64,000 bases of DNA, taken from Lama glama. Lineage: Eukaryota. A program made the position numbers and the translations under genes. Numbering within the stretch: the stretch's first letter is position 1; every line of letters starts with the position of its first letter. Under the pieces are notes generated by a model. The model was not told where the DNA came from. It searched no databases and was given only the letters and a program-made list of their open reading frames with translations. The stretch spans positions 41,106,001 through 41,170,000 of the forward strand of contig CM052839.1 in NCBI GenBank assembly GCA_028534125.1. The letters run 5' to 3'. Shown here piece by piece: positions 1 through 10,700 of the stretch.

Positions 1-1683
1 CTATCCTCAGCCAGTCAGAAGCGCACAAGTTCAAGCTCAAGGCCAAATGTGTCCCGTGAAGCCAAGTATTAGAGGTTTTTGAATGGACCGCTTGCTGATT
101 CCTCCTATCCCTACCCTTTGTCAGCCCAGGTGCAGGAGTCAGAGGGGACTGTTTTGCCTTTCTCTGCATCCTTCTACAGAGAAGGAGGCCTGGGGCCACC
201 CTTGGGAAGGAGGAGGACACAGAAGGTGGTGGTGGTGATGGGGGGCGGGGGGAACGAGGACTCCCTGGCAGTTTGGGTTCCTGTGGTCTCAGTTGCTCAA
301 CTTCCTCTTCCCCATCAGCAGTTTGGACACCTTCCACTGCCTTCTTGAGGCCCCTGTCTCCCTGCCCTGTGCGGTCACCACCCTTTGAGTCATCGTCAGC
401 TGGACGGAAGTTTGGGGTTTACAATGGACAGATGTGGGTTCGTGCAATTAACTTATCTCATCTTGCTATGTTGCGAAGAGCAGAGATAAACACGTGTACC
501 TGGTGGGAGCTGAGGACATCAGAGCGTCAGTGATGTGCCAGCAAATTCACATCCCCGGTTTTTAAGCCTCCCGTGAAGGGAACAGGGTGAGGAGTAGGAT
601 TCCCATTTCACAGAAGGAGAAACTGACTGAACAAGGATGCACAAGCGACTGGAGTGCAGCTCAGGACCGAGACATGAAGGCTGGACCCTCCCCCTGTGCT
701 GTCCCTCAGTCAGAGGGGTCAGGGGTCCTCTGGAGGCCGGCTTCCCTCACCCACCCTCAGCCCTGCTCCCTGGAGGGAGCTCAGATTATTGCTTGTGACT
801 TAGAAGAGACACTGGAGGCCAGTGCCGGGAGAAGGCACCTGCCAGCTTTGTGCTGGGGAGTCGGGAGCGGGTGTTGGTTGATGAGGCAGTGGATGCTGCC
901 TCTGCTGCCCCTTCCAGGTGTGCAGACCGCTGGCCTCTGCTTGAACCTACGTTTCTGTTGAGACATAACTTAGATGACACGCTCACGTTTTGTGTGCTCG
1001 GCTCGATGGATTTCACATGCCTGCGCCATTTTAAGCCCTATCCCTTCCTCTCCCTGGGGGTGGAGATTGGCAAGAGGACGAGAGAGACCTCGATGCCCTG
1101 GTCTTCTCTGGATCGATCTCCAGTTCTGGTTTCCCTTCTCTGGAAAGGGCAGTGGGCCTGGGGTGGTGGGGGCCCTGCGTGGTCCTTGCTTTCGTGAAGT
1201 CTTACGGTCTTTCCAGGAAAAGCAGGACCTGCAGTGACACCCCGGTATAGATGATCAAACACAGAAATAGGCATCGCGGGGCTTAAGAGGTGCAGGAGAG
1301 GGTCTCAGAGAGGCCAGGAGAAGGAGGGGCATCGTCTGAGGAGATGGTTTGAGTGGGGCCATGAAAGAGTGAGCAGAGGGCATGAAGGAGGCTGAGGATG
1401 AAGGAATGGCCTCCAGCAGCCATCCACACCCCTCCCGCCTCCCCAGTCCCCATGACTCACACTGAGGAGCCCACCACCGTCTCTCTGGGTGGAGCCAGGA
1501 GCAGCCCCAGGGGGACGCTCCCCTGCTGAGCCCCCACGCCGCCCCCCTCCCAGCATGGGTGCCCCCGGGAGCTCTGCAGGCCCCCGTTGGACCAGATCTG
1601 AATCCCGGCTCCTCCCTCCAGGCTGGAGAGAGTCTCTCCAGGTCCAGGCGCCTGTGAGGAGGGGCAGAGCCTGCATGAAGCAG

Positions 1684-2273
1684 TGAAGGAGGATTAACAA
1701 AATCCCCGCACTTAGGCTAATAGATTGCTTATTCTTATTCTTGCCCTTAAAACGGTCAGCTAAACTGACTGACCAGTTGCTACTCACCAGCTCCAGGCCC
1801 ATTGTTAAAACTAAAGCCATTAATTTTACTGTTTCTGCTTCAGTCTAGTAATCGAAAGTAACAATCATGCTTGGTTTCTGAGTCATTCTCCAGGGAGAAG
1901 ATCACAGAACTGTAACCTTACAAAACAGCCTGAATCACCAAGAAGACCACGCCTTGGGCGCTTATAAAGAGACGGAAAGAGCGGCAACCACTAGCCTCTG
2001 AAGACTTGGTCGCCTGGAGACAGCTTGACGCCACTCTGAGTCTGATGAGAAGATAATTCTGTTGATTGTTATCCATGCCTTACCATTTGAGCTATGGCCA
2101 CATAATCACCCTGCCCCGTCCCCAAGGTGGGTTCACAGGTTTGAAGGCACCAGCCTGCTGGGAGTCCCCTTTGCCTGGCAAAGTAATAAAGATGCCTCTT
2201 TTCCTCCAAGCTCCAAGACCCTGTCTCTGAGTTATTTGGCTCGTCAGGGACGGGGGCCGATCTTTCGGCAGCA
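1684..2273 (+). mobile_element. Solo LTR (ERV1-like)
   Basis: Starts TGAAGG and ends TTTCGGCAGCA; 4-bp TSD GCAG (1680-1683 / 2274-2277); AATAAA at 2185-2190. Confidence 0.75.
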
Positions 2274-4562
2274 GCAGCCAAGTCCCCTCGAGGAGCCCTC
2301 CGAGGGTCAGGGAAGGCTCTCAGGCCTCTGGCTGGGGCTGTCACCCATCTGCTTGCCCGCAGTTTCCTCTTCCGCCGTCTCCACCACAGCATGCCCAGCC
2401 CCAAGCTGGAGAGCACGTTACAGCCGTCACATTGGGTGTGGCCCCGGGCTGTGGGACGCACGGGAACCTGGCTGATCTAGCTTCCTTGGCCCCTGGGGAG
2501 TCAGGCCATGCTGGGGTAGCTTCCCTGGAGATGGGCAGGAGGGTGAGGTGTGGGTATCCTGGTGGGGTCCTGCAGAGAGGCAGGCCAGGCCGGATCAGGC
2601 TGTGGATGCCCGTCTCACCAGGCTCCTGCGGAAGGGAAACCAGATGCTCCCAGCCATCTGTCTGCCCTTCCCCTGACTTCCTCTCACTTAGACCTAATCT
2701 CTTTGCCACGTGGATTCCACCATGAAAGCACCTGGAGTGAGGTAGGTGCTCAGTGGATGTCGGATGCCCCCACCACCCCCATCACCAGCTCACCCAGCTG
2801 TCAAGCCCCTCCTCTCGCTGCCAGCCACAGGCACCCACTGCTTTCTGTGTCTCAGTCCAGCCTCCTGGCCTCTTGGGCACACTTGTCCTACAGCTGGTGA
2901 GACACTCCCTCCCTGAGGCCCTCTTGGCTTTCCTTTGAGCTCAGGAGGAGGAAGAGGCAGAGCTGATGGGGAGCCGCTGACCTCTGTGGGGAGAGGGCGG
3001 CTCTGCGATGTGCTGCCTCAGAGACCGACATCCTGCCGAGAGGCCCCACAGCTCAACCATCCCCACATCTTTTCTGGGGCCCCTACAGTTCTCAGGACTC
3101 AGAGCTGCTGCAGCAAGTCTGCCCAGACAGCCCCTACTTTTCCCCACTGGTCTCCGAGCACGTGCATCCCCACTGGGAAGAGGATCCCACACTGGTGAGA
3201 GGCTTTGCGGCTGCAGGACCCCCAGCCCAAGAAGAGCAGGCTCAGGCCTGTAGCCGGCAGGTTTCATCTTCCCCTACAGCATGGTTGATAGGGTTGTTAG
3301 TGCGAAAAGTGCCACTTCCTTAATTTTCTGTGTCACGTGGCAATTTTGCATCATTCTGTTTCTTGCTTAGGGTTTGTGGAGAGGCTGGGGCGAGCAGGAT
3401 GGGTGGGGGAGATCAATTCCCCCGCCCCCTCCCCCCGCAGTTCAAGTGCTTCTCCATCTTCCCGAAGACAAGGTCATCCCAGGGACTATTGCACAGCGTA
3501 CGTCTTCCTATTAAATCTTGTTTTCCCACCAACTATCATTAGAGTAAAGATGTTGTCCCCTGGGGAAAAAGACTGGCTGAGGCTGCATTACCTCACAGGT
3601 AACTATTTTTGTAATTATGATGCTATTTATCCCCTCAGATTAGCTATTATTATCGACACTTTACAGGAACTGAGGGTTTTGGTCACAGTCAGGCCAGTGG
3701 TACGTGGACGAGTCGCAGCCTCTCCTGCTTCTCAGTCTGGCGCACCCCCCTCCTCAACTTTGACACTCAAGACCGTGGCAATGGGTTTCAGTGGTTAAAC
3801 TGAAAAATCAGCCTTTCTGGAAACTTTACAGTCAGGGCAGGAAGAGAAGGGCGTGCTGGGGGCTCCGGATGGTGGCCCTCGGAGTTAATATCTGCAGGCT
3901 CTCAGGTGATGCATGCATCACAGGTTAGGATGAATTTCCTGGACTCGTGTGGCCCTTCTGGGCGAGCCGGGGGCGCTCGTCCGGAGGAGTACATGTGTCT
4001 GTGTATATTTAGAATCTGAATTCCACATGGATCAGGGAAGGGTGGTCCCTTGCTGAGTCTCACTCTGTGCTCAGCCCTGAGCTGGCACAGTCTGAGGACC
4101 TTTGGACCAAGTGGAGGATGTGTTTCCAAGACCGGAAACCACTCAGGGACTCTGGGGTCGTGCCGACGTGGGGGTCCGGGCCTTGATCGCAGCGCGGGGC
4201 GGGGGGGCTCCTGGAAAGGCTGCTCCCCAGTGCGGTCACACTGTGGGTGACACCCAGGGCCCTGGCTCCTCCCCTAGTGAGGGCCTTTCCCTCCTCCCTG
4301 ACCACCCTGGTCACAGGGAAACAGAGGGAGTTACTAGAAGGGAACTTGGCCAAGTGGCTTTGGGGGAGGGGAGGGAGGGGAGGCGCACGGTGGGACTCGG
4401 GGAGGGGCTCCTCACTGGCTCTACCTGCAGAACCCGAGACTCGGCCGGGGGTGGGGGTCTCAGGCGCTGCTGCTGGCTCTGCCCACTCTGTGACCTCTGT
4501 CTTTGCCCCAGCTCCAGAAACAGAACCAAAACAGAGCTGAACAAAGAAGCCCGAAGCCGGAG

Positions 4563-4576
4563 GAAAAGCAGAAGTG
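4563..4576 (+). promoter_or_regulatory. Purine-rich PU.1/ETS-like element GAAAAGCAGAAGTG upstream of CD300A
   Basis: Ends 74 nt before the ATG; the identical 14-mer lies upstream of the CD300C-like ATG (40583-40596, minus). Confidence 0.45.
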
Positions 4577-4649
4577 GGAGTCCCAAGGCACGACCCGCCT
4601 TGAGGGGGACTGAAGCCTTGGGGGCAGCTGGGACCTTCATGCTGGAGAG

Positions 4650-4710
4650 ATGGCCTGGAGGGACTGGCTCCTGTGTCTGCCCCCAGCCATGCTGCTTCTC
4701 TGGGTCCCAG
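4650..4710 (+). CDS. CD300A: CD300A exon 1, signal peptide MAWRDWLLCLPPAMLLLWVP(G)
   Basis: 61 nt, donor CAG|GTGAGG, phase 1; LLLWVPG leader typical of CD300A. Confidence 0.85.
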
Positions 4711-7700
4711 GTGAGGGACTGCCCGGGGAGGGGGCAGGGGGGCAGGTGGGGGCGTATCAAGTAACTCAGAATGGGGTGTGCTCTGTCCACCACGGAAGAT
4801 GGACAGACGCAGCGGCCGCATCCTCAGACGGGCAGGAGTGAGGGTTGGTCTCCCCCTCTGCATCCACCTGACCTTGGATGAGCCACAGTGGGGCAAAGAG
4901 GTGGGCACAGAGGAGGGGCTTTGCAGGGAGGTTTCAGCTGAATTATCACAAGAAGAAGGAGGGCAAGAGGCAGGTTGCACCAGAGTGGGTGGCAGGGGGA
5001 CTGCTGAGCGCACCTGGGACATGTGCTTTGACAAGAGGTGCCCTCCTGGCTCACGGGTTCCAGGAGGAAGAAGCTTGGGGACCAGGCAGGGCAGACCCTG
5101 GTCTCAGGGACATGGAGGTGAACGAACAGCCAGGGAGGCTCAAGGGGCCAGTCTCCAAGGAAGGGACATGCAGACTCCCGTGGGGGGAGGGGAGGTCGGG
5201 GAGGGAGAGCACCTGCAGGACCAGGAGGAGGAGACATGCTGGGGAGATTTCTCTCCAGCCCCTCTAGGAGCATTTACAGCATCTGTAGTCATGCTAGGTG
5301 TATTCACAGCATCTCTAATTCTTTTGGTTGTTTTGCCTATAAATCGCATCTTTTATTCCATTCTGTTTGCCTACTAGATGTCTACAGAAAAGCTATGATT
5401 TTTGGTGTAATAATTTGGAAACTGGACATCCCCTCACCCCTCATTCTTCTACCGACCTCTCAGGTGTCCTTGCGTGTTCACGGGATCTGCCCGCACGGAG
5501 GGTTTGCTGTTTCTCTGCTTTCTTCTCTCATCGATCATGGGCTGGTTTGGCCAGAATGATGCCCAGGACCGAAATGGCAGTGGGCATTCCCGTCTTGTCC
5601 CCAGCTAGGCAGGCGTCCAGTGTTTCCATTAAGCACGAAGAGGGCACCGGTTCACATTTTTAAAAACAGCATTCGGTGTCGGATGCTTTTTCATTACCTG
5701 TCGAGACGATTACAGGCGTAGCTCGTTTTACTGCGCTTTGGTTTATTAAGCTTCATAGATTCCACGTGTTTTACAAATTGAAGGTTTAATTGAAGGTTTG
5801 TGGCAGCCCCACGTCGAGCAAGTCTGTCGCTGCCATTTTTCCAACAGCATTTGCTCACTACGTCTCTCTGCCACATTTTGATAATTCTTGCAGTATTTCA
5901 AACTCTCCACCAGCAAAAAGGTATAACTCACTGAAGGCTCAGATGATGGTTGTCATTTTTCAGAGATAAAGTAGTTTTTCATCAAATGATGTACATTGTT
6001 TTTAACGACATAATGCTGCTGCACACTTACTAGACTGTAGTATGGTGTAGACATAACTTTTATATGAGAAACCAAAGAATTTGTGTGACTCGCCGATACT
6101 CCCTGGATTGCAGGGATCTGGAACCGAGCCTGCATTACCTCTGAAGTATGGCTGTTTTTTTTCTCCTTTGAGCTTTGAAAGTGGTGAATTCTATTAAGAG
6201 ATTTGGCCAGATTTTAGTCTTGCTATATTACGCTGAATTCATGAGAAGAATTAGGGAGGTTTTTCCTATTTCTTTATTTTCTGCAAATGTTTAAATAAAA
6301 TTAAGATTATCTGGTCCTTGAAGGTTTTGAGGAACTAACTTTGTGAAACTGTTTGGGTTTTGCTTAAAAAAGAAAAGGAAAAGAACTTCTTCTTTATTTT
6401 TTTCATTTCCTCCCAACTTTACTGAGAGAGAATTAACAAATAAAAACTGTGTTTAGGTAAGGTATACAACGTGATGTTTTGACGCACATGTACGTTGTGA
6501 AATAATTACCACATCGCTTCACATAGTCATCACCAGGAAAGGACTTTGTGTGTGTGTGTGTGTAGCGAAAGAGTTTAAAAGATTAATCTTAAAAAAAGAA
6601 AAACTACATCCCCAAGAATGGGAGATGGGCTGATCCGAGGGAGGGAAAGCCAGAAAGGACTCCTTGCTAACATTCATTGCTATTGGCCTACATTTGTAAA
6701 AAATCTATTTAAAAAATCTATTTTGGGTCAATATTGGTCATTAATGTTTTTCTAGGAAATCATCAGTTTTGTCCAAGTTTCCAGACTTATTTGTAGAGAC
6801 TTGCAAATTATCCTGGCTAGTTTCCTTTTTAATTGCATATGTGTGTCTTTTTTTTTTTTCTTGATTTGGTTAAACGCACGAGAATGTCTATTACACTGTT
6901 TGTTTCTCCCAAAAGAAAAATCAGCTTTTCAGTGTATATTCTAGTTCTGCCGTTTTCTGTTTCCTAATTCACTGATTTCTGTGCTGGCTTTCGTTTCTCT
7001 TCTCCTGGGTTGGGTCTGTGTGGGCTTGTTCCTCTCCCGACTCCCTGTGTTGGGTGATTCTCTCGCTTATCTGGGACTTAGTGGATGAGACTTTGCGATC
7101 CTTAAGTAAAACATTAGGACAATAGAGGAACATCTTGTTAGGAGAGACAGAGAGAGAAGGGGACAGACAGACCCAGAGGGAGAGACCGAGAGAGATAAGG
7201 AGAGACAGAGACACAGGGAGAAAGATGCAGGGAGAGAGACAGAGAGATAGAAACAGAGGGAGACAGAGAGATGGAGCAAAGGGAAGTCAGACCCTGGAGA
7301 CGGATGGTTGGGTGTGTAGGTGGGGGTGGGGGGCACCTAAGACCAGGGAGGGGAGCCAAGAGCCAGGCAAAGAAACATGACAACATACAGTCAAGGAGAG
7401 GTGAGGACTAGAGTCGGGATGTGGGGACCAGAAGCAGCATCTTGAATGAAGGAAAGCTGGGACAGACAGTTATCTATTAAGCACTTGGTACATGTCAATA
7501 TTAGTGATTTTTATGTTTCTAGAAAAATCACACCTTCGTCCAGATTTACACATTCACCGTAGAGAATTTCTGCAGAGGACCAGCTCTGATTCTTTGAATT
7601 TTGTCTATCTCTGTGCTTATTTTACCTTTTCATGTCTTAATTCAGCTAGACAGAGGATTATCTATTTTTATCAGATTGAATTTTCTGAGATTCCCACTTT

Positions 7701-10700
7701 CTTGGTCAAAAACAGCTGAATAGCAGCAACTTCATACGGTTCAACCTAATATTATTTACCAGGCATTTAACGCCCATTATCTCTTTCCGCACCGTCAAAT
7801 GTCATGTGAGGCTTATCAATCATCACCATTTTATAAATGAGGTATCTGAAGCTCAGAGAGGTTAAGTAACTTGCCCCAGGACACACAGCTGACAAGTCAC
7901 GAGCCACCGAGCATCTCAGGAAATGTCACACCTGTGACAAGGCTACATAAGGTCTTCTCTGTAGGGCATCTGCACACCCAGGCCGGGAAAGGATGCCTGA
8001 TGGGCCCCTGGGAGTGGGAGTGGTGGGAACTTGCGGTGATCAGCTTTGGGCTGCTGTGGACTGAGAGCTGCACTGGGTGGGAGAGGTGCTCATGCCGAAA
8101 TGTTTGTTGACAGCCTATGTGCTGCACACTTGTAGACATTGCAGATTTAAGAAGGAGGCCCCTGTCTTCCTGGAGCTTACATTTGAGTATCTTCAAGTGA
8201 TTTAAGAACCCAAAAGAGCAAGTAAAATTAAAAGAATTCTTTCCTTTTTTTGTGTATATATATATATATATTTTATTGAATAGAATTCTAACTCTAGGAA
8301 CAGAGAGCAAGCCACACCACCCCCTCCACCAATCTAGGGGCCCGATCTGGGGGGCTGGCGAGGACCTGTACACACACAAACTGCGTGTAGGGGCAGGGGA
8401 CAGGCCCTCTGCCTGGTGGCCAGCATTAACCACACGCCCCACTCAGTCTCCCAGCTCAGTAGCTGAGAACCGCCTGGGAGAATAGCAGATGAAAAACTGA
8501 GAAAGAAAACATGAATTTTCTCGAAAATTAAGTCTGCAGGAGCTGGGCAGACTGAAGTAAGCCCCAGGATGCAATGAAGGTTGTCATCAGTAAATTTGTG
8601 TGTGTGTGAATGATTTATTTTATCCACAAAATTTGCCGAGCGTGTGCAGTGTTTTTGTGACCTATTTAGCAGCCGTCTCCCTGCCGTGGTGTGTCTTCCC
8701 TTGGTGGGAACAGACTGGTGTGTGAGGCTTCTTCAGGTCTCTGAGATGCTCAGGGCTGTGGTGGCCCTCGGGGAGGGAGAGCTGGCTGCTTGGAGGCGAA
8801 TTCTAACTGTCCTGACAAGTTTCCAGGTGGGGGTTTCCTGGACAGTGAGGGGTGGGAAAGGCAAGGAAAGGAGGTTGGGTCTGGAGGAAGGAGCTGCTGT
8901 GATCACAATCTGGGGGGTGCTGGAGGGAAGGGGAGGACATCCCAGGTGTGGTCTGGCTGACGTGGGGGTGACTGATGTGAGATGGGGAACTTTGGAGGGT
9001 GACCCCCAGGGCGTCTCTGACCCAGGTCCACCTGATGAGGAGCCGGACTCGGCTGTGTTTTCCAGGCTGCTGGTCCCTGAGAGGCCCCCGCAGAGTGACG
9101 GGCGTCGTCGGGGGATCGCTGAGAGTGCAGTGTCAGTATAAGAAGGAATTCATAGATCATATCAAATACTGGTGCAAATCCCCATGTTTTTTACCGTGGA
9201 ACATAGTGGAGACCACAGAGTCAGAGAGAGAAGTAAGGAATGACCGCGTGTCCATCAGGGACCATCCTGCAAACCTCACCTTCACAGTGACCTTGGAGAG
9301 CCTTAGAATGGACGATGCGGGAACATACTGTTGTGGGATCGATAAATCATTTTCACTCGACCTCACCTCTGAGGTTGAGGTGTCTGTGTTCCCAGGTGAG
9401 CCATGCACACCCACGCCCCCTGTACCAGCAACAGGGTCACCTGAAGAGCCAAGACAGAAATCAGATCAGAGGCTTGGAGCAAACTCTGTGTGTGAGAGAG
9501 AAAGAGAGAGAGTCAGGGAGCTGGCATCGCTCCTCAATCCGGAGCGATGGGCGGGGCGGGTACTAGCCAGGGGAAGGGGAGGCTGGGAGAGCAGCGTGCA
9601 AAGGAGAGAGAGGAGGGCGTTCTGCGGGCAGACCTGCACAGGGGAAGGTGCGGGGGTGCTGGGTAGTGAAGGTGCCCAGTACACAGCGAGCGCTGACAGG
9701 TGACCGTCCGAGCTGCAGTTGAGACAGATGTCTCTGACTGGCAGCTTGTGGCTATGGCTGGAGTCTGGGGGTGGAGGTGACTTTGGGGCTCTCGGGGGGA
9801 CCCTAGCTTCATCAACAGGATGGAATCAGGACTGTTGGGGGCGGTGCCTGTCCCCTTTGGAAGTGCTCACTTGGCCCCTGGGAGGGGTCCTGGGGCCCCT
9901 TTCCAAGTAAGCATCTTGTATGAAATCAACCAAAAAAGGTGTTGGTGAGTGATGGGAGAGTCAGAGAGAGACCTCTGGGTCTGATCTGTGTTTCTGCAAC
10001 AGCATCAACACCAGCACCAATGTCAACCCCACCTACCACAACCAAGACCTCAACAACCACATCCAGGATGTCAGCTCTGTCATCCACCGCCCCGGCCACA
10101 GTGAGTGCCACTTACAGTGCCAGCAGCCAGGAGGAGTCCCAGCCCGTCCTGGACCAGAGGTAAGGTGCCTTAGTCCCCGTGTCCCAGAGGTGAGCCTCCT
10201 CCCCTGGCCAGGTGGTCCATCTGGGGTCGGGAGCCTGGTCCCTGTTGGCTGGGGGCCTCTGGTTCTCTTTGTACCCAGGCTGGAAGCAGGTCTGATCCCC
10301 TGACTGGGGTTGTTGGGGCCACGCTAGGCCTGCCCGGGGCTCCAAGAGAGGGCTCAGGCTGGGCACAGGTTGGGGAAGGGGGATGGAAGGAGAGTGGCCT
10401 ACTAGGAACGGGCTAAACGCCCCACGTGTTGTCCCCATTTGTTCCTCACACCCTGTACCATTATTACCCTCATTTTATAGGCAAGTGAACGGAGAGGGTA
10501 AGGGCCATGTAGCTACCAGAGGCAGGCTGGGCTCCCAGCCCAAGTTTGTGTGATTCCAAAGTCGTAGGCTCTCTCGTCTAAACTCGTGATTCTTGACCCT
10601 TTTTTGGGGTCACAAAACCCCAGGAGAATCTGGCAACATTTATAGATTCTCTCCCCAGAAAAATGCATGCTATCATAAACCACCTCTGGGGTTCACAGAC

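Noticed and set aside
1-1600. Possible GPRC5C 3' end expected from human synteny
   Set aside because: No coding sequence I can recognise
4060-5034. 324-aa minus-strand ORF and overlapping 200+ aa ORFs
   Set aside because: GC-rich promoter region of CD300A; low-complexity Pro/Ser/Gly translation with no recognisable domain
8999-9703. IgV-containing ORFs as single-exon genes (also 30106-30600, 39655-40287, 53438-54034)
   Set aside because: Only the splice-bounded internal exon is coding; the flanks are intronic read-through
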